NCBI GenBank assembly: GCA_964016885.1
Contig: OZ024749.1
Span: 48,236,001-48,300,000, forward strand
From: Eledone cirrhosa
Taxonomy: Eukaryota
DNA: 64,000 bases
Direction of reading: 5' to 3'
Shown: positions 49,835 through 64,000 of the stretch, piece after piece
Numbering within the stretch: position 1 is the first letter of the stretch
How the letters are laid out: every line of letters begins with the position of its first letter
The notes under the pieces: generated by a model
Databases searched by the model: none
Told to the model about the DNA's origin: nothing
What the model saw: only the letters and a program-made list of their open reading frames with translations
Position numbers and translations under genes: made by a program

Positions 49835-51211
49835 TAACTTTGAATAACTTTGAAATGTTTTGGCCAGTATTGGCCCAGGCCATGTCTAACTTAATAGCAC
49901 CACCTGGCGAAGTCTTTCAATTCAGGATTTGGGCACCATGGCCCATTCGAGAAGAGAATTACTGTTTGCGGAGACATATCCGGGTGTGGGTGGTTTGTCC
50001 GGGATTACTTGAAGGAATTTGTCCAAAGACTTCTTGAATTTTGTGTGGTCAGTTTCTGTTTTGACGTGTCCTGGTGTGATGTTGAAGAGAGCAGGGCCGA
50101 TTGAGGTGAAATAATTGTGCCGTATTGTTGTTATGAGTTGCGATTTAGATTTTTGAATGGGACGGATAGCACGGGGCCCAAGCCTTGGGTGTATCTTGAA
50201 GGCGATGCCAACATCAGTTGGGCAGTGATGATGGAACATTTTCCACATCATGCAGATAATATAACGCTCACGGCGACGTTGGAGTGAGTAAAGTTTCAGG
50301 TTTTCCAATCGACCCCAGTAGTCAAGGTCTGACATGCCATCTATCTTTTTCGTGATTGCCCTTTGAGGAGCTTCAAGTTTCATGATACTTTGTTTCGTGT
50401 GGGGAGACCACAGTGGACAACAGTATTCAAGGTGTGGTCGGGCGAAAGTAGAGAAGAGAAGGATAATGGTGCGGGAATCTCTCGACTGGAAGGTTCTGAG
50501 GATCCAGGAACACATTCTGCGGGCCATGTCAACTTTGCTGCTTATATGCGTGGTCCAGCTTATGTTGCTGTCCACGGTTACTCCCAAGTCTCTGATGTTG
50601 TTAGATGCCACGAGAGTTTCCCCGGAGGGAAGGGAGTACGGGAGTTTCAGAGCATCCTCTTTTCCAAAGTGGATCAGTTCGAATTTGTCTTCGTTCAGTA
50701 ACATGTTGTTCTTTTCTGCCCATTGGGTAACAGCCAGTAGGTCTGACTGAAGGCTTATCCGGTCATCCACGCCATTGATGACCTTTTGGAGCTTGGAATC
50801 ATCAGCGAAAATTTTAATGTTGCTGTGTTTGATGATGTCAGTGATGTCATTAATATAGATGATGAAGAGAAGTGGGCCCAACACAGTGCCTTGTGGGACT
50901 CCACTACTGACTTTGGCTGGGCTTGATTTGACTCCCTCAACTACAACATGTTGGGTTCTGTTTGACAGGAAGCTCTTGATCCACTGCAGCAGCTTTCCAG
51001 TGACACCAATATTGGACAGCTTTCTCAGTAGAATGTTATGATCAACCCTGTCAAAGGCCTTGCTGAAATCAAGGTAGATAACATCAGTGTTGGAACCCTC
51101 TCCCAAGGCTCTCAAAATGTCATCAAAGTGATGCAGTAGTTGCGTCAGGCAATCCCTTCCATTACGGAATCCATGCTGGTTGGAGTTCAGCATATTGTTA
51201 CTCTCAAGGAG
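49835..51211 (-). mobile_element. Young 5'-truncated CR1-like LINE inserted in (TA)n
   Basis: Open RT frame, short 3' UTR, (TTCAAAGTTA)x2 end; TA arrays on both sides. Confidence 0.95.
49922..51193 (-). CDS. Reverse transcriptase domain and C-terminus of CR1-like ORF2 (423 aa, N-truncated, no APE domain)
   Basis: [69 protein letters not shown] motifs; no internal stops. Confidence 0.9.
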   Translation of the reverse strand: MLNSNQHGFRNGRDCLTQLLHHFDDILRALGEGSNTDVIYLDFSKAFDRVDHNILLRKLSNIGVTGKLLQWIKSFLSNRTQHVVVEGVKSSPAKVSSGVPQGTVLGPLLFIIYINDITDIIKHSNIKIFADDSKLQKVINGVDDRISLQSDLLAVTQWAEKNNMLLNEDKFELIHFGKEDALKLPYSLPSGETLVASNNIRDLGVTVDSNISWTTHISSKVDMARRMCSWILRTFQSRDSRTIILLFSTFARPHLEYCCPLWSPHTKQSIMKLEAPQRAITKKIDGMSDLDYWGRLENLKLYSLQRRRERYIICMMWKMFHHHCPTDVGIAFKIHPRLGPRAIRPIQKSKSQLITTIRHNYFTSIGPALFNITPGHVKTETDHTKFKKSLDKFLQVIPDKPPTPGYVSANSNSLLEWAMVPKS

Positions 51212-51253
51212 TATATATATACATATATATATGTATATATATATATATACATG

Positions 51254-51290
<37 letters not shown>

Positions 51291-51485
51291 GTATATACAT
51301 GTATATATATATATATATATGTATATACATGTATATATATATATGTATATATATATGTATATACATGTATATATATATATGTATATATATGTATATATAT
51401 ATGTATATATATGTATATATATGTATATATATGTATATATATGTATATATGTATGTATATATATATATATGTATATATATGTATG

Positions 51486-51516
<31 letters not shown>

Positions 51517-51666
51517 GTATGTATATATATATATATATATGTATATATATGTATGTATATATATATATATATATATGTACATATATATATATATGTAAAT
51601 GTGTGTGTATATATGTATATGTGTGTATATATGTATATGTATGTGTATATATGTATATGTGTGTGT

Positions 51667-51705
<39 letters not shown>

Positions 51706-52311
51706 CAGCCGTACGTATTTGAACCTCCCTGTGTGTGCTTACAAAAGTGTTAGTCTACTGGCAGTTGTCATCGTATTAAGAGCTCTCACACAAATAAACC
51801 TCTACACATTAAACCAAACTAGTTTTGATCAATCTAATGCATTGCATAATAGCAGTTAGCTGCTATCTAATTACCATTAATCATCGATTTATATGTCCAA
51901 TTGCCAATCACAATCCCAGAAGATAGGGTTATTGATAAAGCTTTAGGTGGCATACTGATCAGAAATCGAAATACTAAAATGTTCGCCACAGCAGGTAATG
52001 CTCAAAAGGTCAATATGAACTCAATTCGAGTGATTATTATCAAATTATATTGCATTGTTAGAAATCTGCAAATTCGGAACTTGTTAAAGACAGACACTAT
52101 TGAAAGAAAAAATATTATGAAGGAAGAAAGAAATCTAAGTTTATTCCATTAACTCAACATTTTGCATAGATTTTTCAGCAGTAATTTTGAAACATTTAGA
52201 AAAACAAACGCCCAGATACATAATATATAACTCTAAAATTTCAAAAGAGGATCTCCATGAAAAAAATGTTCCCCGAAACAGAGAATATGTTGCGAAATGG
52301 GGATATTTTAC

Positions 52312-52617
52312 ATAATTGTTTCTACATTAGGCACAAGGCCAGCAATTACCCAGTGCATTACTGGTACTTTATTTTATCGACCCCGTAAGGATGAAAGGCA
52401 AAGTCAACCTCGGCAGGATTTGAACTCATAATTGTTTCTACTTTAGGAACAAGGCCAGCAATTACCCAGTGCATTACTGGTACTTTATTTTATCGACCCC
52501 GTAAGGATGGAAGGCAAAGTCAACCTCGGCGGGATTTGAACTCAGATCTTAAAGGGACGTAACTATGCTGGAAAGCATGACGTCCGACCCTCTACCGATA
52601 CTGCCAATCCACCGCCC
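52312..52617 (-). mobile_element. SINE 1.6-mer (full copy plus second 3' part) inside one 14-bp TSD
   Basis: Full copy 52428-52617, partial 52312-52427; TSD atattttacataat at 52303-52316 and 52618-52631. Confidence 0.93.
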
Positions 52618-52725
52618 ATATTTTACATAATGAAAGCTATATCCATTTTCGCAAGAGAAGTTATCTCTCACCCACCTCAATATGGTGGGGAGAGTTGACT
52701 GGTTTGCATCCATACACACATATAT

Positions 52726-52787
<62 letters not shown>

Positions 52788-52788
<1 letters not shown>

Positions 52789-52997
52789 GAATATATCTTG
52801 ATCGTGTGTGGAATCGGGGATAACCAATGTGAATAAGGTACTCAATACATAAACAGAGTGACTACGAGGAATATTTAATATAGAAAAGTCAACTACAAGA
52901 CTAGAACTCTTTCATTCTTAACATCAAGGCATTCCTGATGATTTCTTATGAATGAAACTGTTCTAATACTTTAGAAGCTTTCTCTGTATTAAAATTG
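52788..52997. mobile_element. pLTR-like fold-back remnant, family C
   Basis: Minus-strand tail with actc/gagt stem (52840-52859), partial inverted copy at 52899-52918, plus-strand CTGATGA..GAAA at 52935-52957; flanked by TA repeats. Confidence 0.55.
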
Positions 52998-53097
<100 letters not shown>

Positions 53098-53526
53098 CTG
53101 CGGTGTTGGCTATATATGTGTGTATAAGAATTCATGTAAATATGTGTTGTGTATATGTTTGTGTATATCAGCTACTGTGGTCGTCTGACACCGAAAGGCT
53201 ACTGTTTATATCAATTCTAGATACATATTAGAAACACTTCACCTTCAAGGCGTACGATTATTTATTCAGACACGATGTATTTCCTGTCGTGAACAACAAG
53301 CTGCTAAAACTAAGTTTGAGTCTTTCTATTATGGATTTTCACCTGCGTACTCAAAGAGGTATCATTGCAATATATATATATATATATAAGAATTAAAATA
53401 CTAGAGTATGTTGGAGTTAAACAACCTCTTCATATTATAGAAATGACAGTAAAGGTATAGCTCAATATAATTAAACAGAGCCGAAGAATTATGAGAATAA
53501 ACCAAAGAAGCCTTCAATACAAAAGT

Positions 53527-53580
53527 CTTTATTAGCCAACAATGTTTCGTCCTATTAAGGACTCATCAGGGCAAGTAAAG
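53527..53580 (-). ncRNA. Hammerhead ribozyme (canonical core)
   Basis: ctttacttgcc-CTGATGA-gtcct(taat)aggac-GAAA-cattg-TT-ggctaataaag; stem I pairs with two mismatches. Confidence 0.8.
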
Positions 53581-53709
53581 CTTGCTAAGGAAGTGATTCA
53601 CTTCCTTAGCAATTTTTACTTGATAATTTTTACTTGATAATTTTCCTATGCTTTAATGTATGTATACTCCATATTCTTCTGAGTTTTGGGCTTGTATTGG
53701 CCGATAGTG

Positions 53710-53762
53710 CTTACTTACTCTGATGAGTCCTTAATAGGACGAAACATTGTTGGCTAATAAAG
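53710..53762 (+). ncRNA. Hammerhead core (inverted copy, weaker stem I)
   Basis: CTGATGAGTCCTTAATAGGACGAAACATTGTT at 53720-53751. Confidence 0.65.
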
Positions 53763-54330
53763 ACTTTTGATGTATTGAAGGCTTCTTTGGTTTATTTTCA
53801 TAATATATATATATATAATATAGATAGGATAAGGACTAGAACTGTTTCATTCGGGAGAAATCATCAGGAAGCCGATGTGTTATTATATATATATATATTT
53901 ACATTCGAATTATATGTTATATGTTCGTTGTCCAATACATACAATCACACCCACATGTTCGATTGTGTGTATGCCTGCCTGTCTGTGTGAGTGCTTCTGT
54001 GCGAGTGTTTGGGCTTTTTGATGTACATACATCAGGCCCGATAGATTAAAACTGAAATGTTTGATCACCACTAAGACACGGGCAGCCTAAGTTGTTTCTC
54101 TGGGAATTTAGCAAACCACATCATGTGAATAGTCTGGATATTTGAAATAAAAGTATAAGTGGAAGCCGGCAGCACGAATTACGGTCAACATATGCCAATG
54201 GGAATCGAACTGAGTCGGGCTGTCTAACCAGTAATTCTCGTGCCTTCACACATGTATGCATGTACCTTTTGTTGCTTGTGTGTTTTTTTACGTATACCTT
54301 TTGTATGTGTGTAGGTTTGCATCCCCCCCC

Positions 54331-54440
54331 CCCTTACGGTGTCAATAAGATATAGTACCAGTAACGAGGTGGGGCCGATTTAGATGTCGTTCCCGTTCCC
54401 CACAAATTGTTGGCCTTGTGCCTTAATCTGAAACTATTAT
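54331..54440 (+). mobile_element. 3' part of an older SINE subfamily
   Basis: ccttacggtgtcaataa...gtaccagta...tggccttgtgccttaatctgaaactattat. Confidence 0.6.
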
Positions 54441-55961
54441 AAGTACTGGTGTAAGGCAGTGCTTCTTTTCATGTTTGTTTACATCAATAGGATCTTAGTG
54501 TTTCTCTAAATAGTGTACGGTAACACAATTACGGGAAACAATATAATCGACTAAGTATCCAGAAACCCGTACCCCAGGCTGGCCGGAGTCCAAGGACAAC
54601 AAGCAGGAAAAAGAATAAAACAATACTGCTCCTTTCAACATTGATTTTTAACTACAGTAGCTACACATTTTACAATGAAGAGATGCTTTCGTGTCTGCTC
54701 AAGAAAAACCGTGGTTCAAATCTTGCCTAAAGTGAAAATATTCACTTATAAAGAAAATAGGATAATCTAATTTGCCATTTATTTCCTGTTTGGCAGGGAA
54801 CCGAATCTTTGATTTAAATCACACATTCTTGTTTGTACAGCATCACTCTGGTCGGCAGAGAATCAATCAGCATAAAATTTTCTCCTAAAACTGTAGTGTG
54901 TTAATAATAATAAAACAATGAGTTTCAAATATTATGTATGTTGTTTACGGTAAATAATTAAATAACTGCGTACATTGGTAGCATATTTCTATTCACTTAT
55001 ATTGAGTTGAAAATCTAATGCAGTAAATTTAGAGAGCCTTTTTATATGTCCTGTCTATGGACCTAGCATTGGACTTTAGCCAGCTTAATCATTCTCTACT
55101 AAATGAATGAAAATACTACCCTAAAAAATAAACGGAAGAAAGTTTTCGAAAATTCTATGAAAAAGAAAACAGCAGATGAACATTTTAAAATATAATATTT
55201 TATGTTTAAAATAATGAACTTTCGTGAATATCTACGACTAAAATATTTGCAATATAGTGAAAAAAAACGGTTTTAATATCAATATTAACACGGGGAATTA
55301 CCAGAGAGAATTATTTCTTTACCGTTCATTCAATGAGGAAATGAATGTACCAATAATCTTTTCTCAGCAAACAGAAACTACTGGGTAAGATTAAGCAAGA
55401 TACCCTCCAATAAGGCCACACACACATTCCAATGATTGCAAATTAGTGTCCTGTGGAATGGCTTAAGGTGTAAGATTAATCTACCAGGTTCGGATGTAAA
55501 ATCGTGAGCTTAGTTAAGTCCACGACACAAGTAGGAATCAGAAAGATTTGAACTCACAACGCAAACAGCCGGGAAAAATACCAAAAAGTGTCTCATCCCA
55601 TGCTTTTATAAACTCCATTAATCAATCACCTTGTACTGATATTTGATTCTCACAATACAAAATTGGACATGGGCAATATTTGGAAAGGAACAATTCGTTT
55701 TCTAGCGGAAACATCACAAGTAATGTTGTCGTATGTTATTAGATTACGAACCCGGCATATTAATGTCCAGGTATAATATTGTTTTTCATGTACAAATTAA
55801 GTCAAAGATATACCTGACATTATAACAAAAACTGTTTTAGAGGCATCCTCTTTTATTACCAACATATTCACTTTCGGTATGTATAGTTATTGATGTAATT
55901 TACACCAAGGGGTTCACAAATAATTGTTGAGTCTCCTTTATGTCACCTAGCTCAACTTTCG

Positions 55962-56008
<47 letters not shown>

Positions 56009-56053
56009 CATATGTATGTATATGTATATATGTATATATATGTATATGTATAT

Positions 56054-56117
<64 letters not shown>

Positions 56118-56605
56118 TGATAAACACTTACGTGTTTTTAATGTAATTGGCAATAAAATAGCTAGAATGAAATATCTTAATTCAAATACATATAGTCTGT
56201 CTGTGTCGATCTAAAAAATAATAAATCAATACCCACAAACACATATCGGAAAAAGGCCTTGGTACCTAGATTAGTTTAAATTTCCAAATTCAAACTTTTT
56301 CCGCAGATCAGTCCGAACTTCAAAATTCAAACATGTTTCACAAAGGATGGTATAATAGTGAAATAATTAATTAATTAGTAGTGAAATAATTAATTTTCTG
56401 TGTTTATCAATAGGTACCCAGATAAATTAAGTAACTTCACCTCGGAAAAATATCTAAGGTCTGGTTAACGTAGCGAAAATACACGAGGTTTTGCACACGA
56501 ATTATTCCAGTCCTCTAGCCTCCATTCTCTTATACTGCTCAGAAATGTTTCTTAGAGCTAAAATAATTGTAAATGACCCCATTGAGTGTAAACTCTAAAT
56601 TATAT

Positions 56606-56641
<36 letters not shown>

Positions 56642-56652
56642 CATATATATAC

Positions 56653-56939
<287 letters not shown>

Positions 56940-58836
56940 GACGACGACGATATATATATTCGCATATTTGGGATTGTGTATACAGATATGTTAATGTTGT
57001 GAACGTATACATATGTATATTCATTTGGAAACATTTGAAAGCTTGCATTCCCAAACATTTTTGTATCAGCGATTAGTTCCGACTCTTAAGGGGGAGATTG
57101 AGAGAGAGAGGCAGACAGAATGTGAAATTGAGAGAATGAAAATGATAAATGATGAACGTGATCTCTTTCGCCAGTCGTCTCGAAATACAAGTAATCCATT
57201 TCCGTAGATGTTTTCACAAGTTTCCACAAGTATCTAATTCCTTTGATGCCAATCGTAGTAGATTCGGTATATATTGCTTGAACACTTCCCCCATTATTTC
57301 CATAACAAGGAAAATAAATGACAGATCCAAACGTGTATGGAATTTCAGCCGAGGGAAATAGATAAAGAAAACCAAACGTTACTCGAAATATACATAAATA
57401 TCATTAAAGTGGCTATATGTACGAACTCAATATCTATGTAATATTTCACAATAAAATCCTATCCCCACTAAATGCCTACTATACGATAAGATTCTAAGAT
57501 AGAAACAATTCTTATGTTATCAAATAATGCATCGCAGTCATAAATTCGAATCTCTTTCTCCAAATTTAGCAGTAATCACCACATTTATGAAGAAAACCAG
57601 ACACAAATGTGGGTTTATATATATAAATACACACATACACACACAAACGCAAATATATACACATATATATATATATATATATAAAGAGAGAGAGAGAGAG
57701 AAATAGAGAGAGAAAGATAGAGAGAGTGAGTGCGTGTGTGTGTGTGTGCGTGTGCCTACATGTTTCTAACCATGAATATATATGTTTTCCTTGGCTCGTT
57801 TGAAGTATGCATTTCACCATATGCATAAGTGTTGTATATGGATGAATTATGACTGCTAATATCAAATGAGACGCAGTTTTCGACAGAGACAGATTTCTTA
57901 TATTACATACTAAGAAACAACCGGTAACTCGTTTGCGAACTTCAATGGCTACACCTACTATGTAAGCGAACTTGCAATGGCTACACCTACTATGCAAGAG
58001 GACTTGCTTGAACTATTTGCCTCCGCAAGCAAGATGTAACTAGATATCTTTGAGGCATATTGTCAAGCCCATTGAACAAATGAGGATATACTAACTATTT
58101 AGAAAATGAACAAACACACAAAATTAGGATTACTGACATGCGTTTGCTCTTCTTGATATATTTGGTGCGTTTCCTTCCATTTACATACCCTCATTTATAC
58201 AACTATCAATGTCAAAGAAAGCAGCTATTATATAGTCATAGAGGAGTAATTCTCTACCATTTGATTGCTCCCACAGTCCTGAAATAGGCTAAATATATTA
58301 TAGCAATACATATAGCAACAGCGGATGCATGTTATATAGACATCATCCAATTAAAATTTGAACACTTCTATATAGCACATCATTTTAGTCATATGCTGTA
58401 GAAATGTATCAGCCAGTATCAGGAGGAATCATAAATTAGATAGTTCAGTTGCTGTGTAGTGGTAAAACTATAGTTCACAGTATGGTTCAATTGCATATGA
58501 AGACACAACTGATGATTAGTATAAAGCTATAGTGCAATTAAATACATTTAAGTGATATCTGAAATAAACATTGCATAATAAATTTATTCAACTTTCACCT
58601 TTCCTGACAAATGGGGACCATATTAAAATGATTTATTCCAACTCATGCGATTAAATGGGGCAACAATAATACTTTAGGTAACAATTGATATAAACATTGT
58701 CAGAGCATCAGCTATATAAGACTTACTTACGAGCAAAGTCTGAGGCGTTTACAACAGCGCTTTCTGAAAATAGGGCCAATAGAATATGCCTTTTACTTAT
58801 ACAGATATTCAAAGAGAAACACACAAAAGTATGCGC

Positions 58837-58895
<59 letters not shown>

Positions 58896-58898
<3 letters not shown>

Positions 58899-59084
58899 CG
58901 AAGGAAATGTGGTAAGGAAACAGGTGGACCATAACGCACCAAAGTACTCAATACTTAGTGTAGTAGAGTGGGTAATAGGAACGAGTAGGACCCCGACGGC
59001 TGAGCTGAAGCCGTTTCGACGGCTATTTCTGAACTATTAGCCGTCGAAACGGCTTGAGCTCAGCCGTCGGGGTCCTACTCGTTC

Positions 59085-59086
<2 letters not shown>
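58896..59086 (-). mobile_element. Hairpin family B element
   Basis: Arms 58977-59025/59038-59086 (one mismatch) plus tail; homologous to 28797-28993. Confidence 0.8.
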
Positions 59087-60622
<1,536 letters not shown>

Positions 60623-60906
60623 ACGTAGCATGCATCAACTAAACATAGGGGGAATTGAGAGGCAAAGCTTCTGTAGGCTTTGCGTATATAACATATATGA
60701 ATTGTATAATGAGGTGATTAATTCCATATCTGCGTATACAGTATTTGACAGATGTGACAGTAATAAAGGTATAAACCTTGTTAATCTCATGCTTCACTGT
60801 TCTCCACTTCTCTAGATTCAAACTAAATTTTTAATGTTTTAATTTAATATTTCCAATAATACATTGCAGATCATCCTATTGAATTTCACCTCCTCCAAAG
60901 ATCAAA

Positions 60907-61025
60907 TAATAATTGTTTCTACTGTTGGCACACGGCTAGCAATTATCTCAGTGCATCGACACCAATAAGGATGAAATGCAAAGATAACCTCAGCGGGATT
61001 GTAACTTAGAGTATAAAGGGTCATA
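60907..61025 (-). mobile_element. Partial SINE
   Basis: aattgtttctactgttggcaca...aaggatgaaatgcaaagataacctcagcgggatt. Confidence 0.75.
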
Positions 61026-61405
61026 ATTCTATACTGATACGTTGTTTGCGTAGGCAATATTTTTCATGGTTCTCCTAAACGTAGGCTTATCCAACGTTGG
61101 CCACCCAATGAAGATATAAGCTAAATTATAATATATGTAATAGGAATCTGGTTGGGAGATTATAAATGTGGAGATTAATGCTATCAGTTAGAATAGAAGA
61201 TCCCCATTACTTGGTGCTGTTCTTATAAAAAACGATTGTACCTTGCTATGTGATGCCTATTCTTAGTGAGATAAATCGTGCTTTTATTTAAGCCAAACGG
61301 ACATACATAATGTAGAGCAGTTAACAGAAAACAAATGGTGATGTTTTCGGTGATAATTCAGAACACAATAGGTTGGGTTTAAGATTTTGAGTCAATAAAT
61401 CAGCC

Positions 61406-61458
<53 letters not shown>

Positions 61459-61682
61459 CCACATGCACATACGCATACACACACTCGTACACACACAATC
61501 ACACACATACATATATATATACATATATATATAAATATACAGGGGTGTGTATGCTATATAGAAGATTATATTAATAAAATTCCAACTTTGTCTGATTTAC
61601 TCGTTTTATTTACAATCCTTTAAAATTATAATGATATTATAATCAAATAGTATGGTAGAATATTAAATGTTAAATGTTAATT

Positions 61683-61718
61683 GAACAAGGACTTTCATGC
61701 TTTCGCAATCTTCAGGTT
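61683..61718 (-). ncRNA. Minimal hammerhead in the PLE 3' repeat
   Basis: aac-CTGAAGA-ttgc(gaaa)gcat-GAAA-gtcc-TT-gtt. Confidence 0.7.
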
Positions 61719-62098
61719 TATATTGAGGGCTAACAGTCAAATTTGCAATGTTCTACTGTAGTGAGATGGCTAAAATCTCTGCCTTATATACAGTAGATAG
61801 GGGCTACATAATGTATTTCGACCAATCGGTGTGTGGTTTCACTAGATAATTGCAACCGATTGGTTTAGGCGTCACGGTTGGTTGAGCATGTCTAACGACT
61901 TCTATTTGACCATATCCAAAGCATCAATTGTTTTGCTATGTTTAGAAATGATGAAAATAGCATTTTCTAGTGTTTTTATAAAAAAATCTTCAGTAATCAT
62001 CAACATCAACATCACCTTTATTATTATTATTGTTGTGGTTGTTGCTAGTGGTGTTAGTCGACATGGTCGTAGGCGTAGTCATAGTAGAAGTAATAGCC

Positions 62099-64000
62099 TT
62101 AAGTATGATTTAGCTTGGGTTGGAATTTATCAATAAAGCTATTTTCTTTAATTTTTCAATTAATTTCACTCGGGCTGTGTAGTTTGTAGAAAGGAAATAT
62201 AAATATTTTCTGACCACATGTTGCTAGATGGTTACTCTGGGGTATATGACGGACATTTTGGGTCTCTGATTTGCTGCAGGTGCAGCCGTGCACGTTCCGA
62301 TAGTGCATTTCCAGTTTGACCGACATATAGTTCTTCATAATTCGGGCATTTAATGCAGTAAATTAGATTTCTGCTTTTGCAGTTCATATTTCATTTAGGA
62401 ATATTTTTCTAGTTTTTGTGTTCATATATTGACCAGTATGTATGAACAGACATGTACCAAATCGACTATCCTTGCATTTAGATACAGTGAATGATTGCTC
62501 TTTGCTGTTAAGGTCAAACTTTGACTTTGTTAGTAATTGCTTCACATTTTTCGGCTGTCTTTTACTAAGAATCAAACCTCGGTATTTGATTAAACCTTTT
62601 AATTCAATACTTTGAGCAATGATCGGTAGGTTTGCTTTGGCAGTGTTGAAGATATTCTGGTGAAATCGGTTGTGTCATTATACATGGTATGACCAGTTCT
62701 TGGTTTCTTCTTCCTTGGGTTGTCCTACGTGGTTGTATAGGTATTTTTATAGCCCGCTGTATGCCATTTTCTATAAGTAGAGATGGGTATTTTCGTTTGC
62801 ACAAAAATCCTCTCAGTTCTGTTAGGCGTTTGTTCCTGGTATTCGTATCTTCTACAATGGTACACATTCTTCTGGCTAGGCAGTATGGGATGTTCCGCTT
62901 TGTAAGAGGTGGATGGCACGACTTTAAATTCAGATATTGATGAGTGTCTGTGTGTTTATAGTATATATATGTGGTAATGGTGGTGTGGTTTTGGATTGGC
63001 AGTATTGCTAGAGGGTCGGACGTCATGCTTTGACGCATAGAGTTACATTCCTTTCCGTTCTGAGTTCAAATCCCGCCGAGGACAACTTTGCCTTTCATCC
63101 TTACGGGTCGATAAAATAAAGTACCAGTAATGTACTAGGTTATTTTATGGCCTTGTGCCAAAAGTAGAAACAATTATATCTAGGAATGTTAATTTGGTAC
63201 TACTCATCTCTTTTGTAAATTGGAGAGATGGGTGTAGGTTATTCAGGAGGATATTGAACTCATCCAGAGTATCTAGAGATTCTGTCCAGATGATGAAACA
63301 GTCGTCAATGTATCTCTTCCAAGACTTGTTAATGTACTTTCTAAATTCAGTGCTATATTTTTCCTCTATTTCTTGGTAGAGTTGTTGTTCTAAATATCCC
63401 ATTACAGAGTTCTCGTAAACGGGAGCAAACTTCGTTCCCATCGCTGTGCCTCTAATTTGGATGTAATTATTTCCATTGAAGAAGAAAGTGTTGTTTTCCA
63501 GAATAAGTCTGACGACGTCTAATATAAATGGCACTGTGAATCTGGTGGGAATCAATTCTCTATGTTTTTCCACACAGTATTTAACCGCCTTTATTCCTAA
63601 ATCATGTGTAATGTTGGTGTAAAGACTTACCACATCAGAACTAAGTAGAAGTGAATTCGTTTCCGTGGTTTTAGGATGATGCACCAGGAAGTCCATATCA
63701 TCTCGGATGAAACAGGGTATGTGAATACATAGTGGTTTCAAAATAATGTCAACAAAATTGCTTAGACGGTGGGTAGGTTATGTTGGACCAACAATAATAG
63801 GTCTAAGTTTTAAGTCTTTGGGGTGTAGTAATTTAATGTACTCACTCTTTTGTTCTTTTACTGCCAGTTGGATTTCTTTTGACTTATGCATGTTTGGTAA
63901 TCCAAAAAGTTGCTGGGTTTGGGCTCAAAATAGGTGATGTAGTCTCTTTCATTATCAGTAAGTGAGTTGAAGCCAGGTTTTGAAGCCCGGTTGTTGATCT
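62099..64000 (-). pseudogene. PLE reverse transcriptase/GIY-YIG ORF, frameshifted and interrupted by a SINE
   Basis: DVVSLYTNI, GTAMGTKFAP, RYIDDCF, FLDII, YYKHTDTHQYL..SCHP, CKDSRFGTC, MNCKSRNLIYCIKC..YVGQTG..R..H, FQPKLN*. Confidence 0.92.
62993..63177 (+). mobile_element. tRNA-derived SINE nested in the PLE RT
   Basis: SINE consensus lies between PLE codons FLDII and NHTTITT. Confidence 0.92.

Larger units (their letters stand above)
53388..53804 (-). mobile_element. Fold-back pLTR-like element with two opposed hammerheads
   Basis: Arms 53488-53569/53720-53804; inner hairpin 53582-53612; flanked by TA repeats. Confidence 0.8.
61530..64000 (-). mobile_element. Decayed Penelope-like element (RT + C-terminal GIY-YIG, Neptune-like), continuing beyond the window
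   Basis: Coding remnants 64000->62099, 3' region with hammerhead and AATAAA, ending at a TA repeat. Confidence 0.9.

Noticed and set aside
49860-49885. Shared 3' end between the SINE (tggccttgtgccaa) and the CR1-like LINE (tggcctgggccaa)
   Set aside because: Match too short and terminal repeats differ.
50363-51041. Plus-strand ORFs over the LINE
   Set aside because: Antisense shadows of the RT frame.
57935-57997. 31-32-bp tandem duplication
   Set aside because: Ordinary local slippage; no further structure.

Overview
Very AT-rich eukaryotic DNA with no recognisable host protein-coding gene; it reads as intergenic or intronic. The tRNA-headed SINE sequence and the very large (TA)n arrays suggest an octopod cephalopod (from remembered repeat sequences, not a search). 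Almost all long ORFs in the track (YIYI, VCVC, THTH, ERER) are microsatellite artefacts. Real content: (1) about a dozen copies of one tRNA-derived SINE lineage, three with clear TSDs; (2) non-LTR retrotransposon pieces: a young 5'-truncated CR1-like LINE with an open 423-aa RT frame, RTE fragments and a decayed R4/Dong-like element; (3) Penelope-like elements (PLEs): a decayed RT+GIY-YIG copy at the right end and two GIY-YIG C-terminal remnants. The most notable signal is a dense set of short elements embedded in (TA)n arrays. They share a layout of 5' fold-back, minimal type-I hammerhead ribozyme (CTGANGA-stem II-GAAA-N4/N6-UH) and a structured 3' tail. About 19 intact or degenerate hammerhead-like cores from several sequence families occur in 64 kb, including a tandem pair of perfect palindromes carrying ribozymes on both strands. 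All alignments, folds and coordinates were done by eye.
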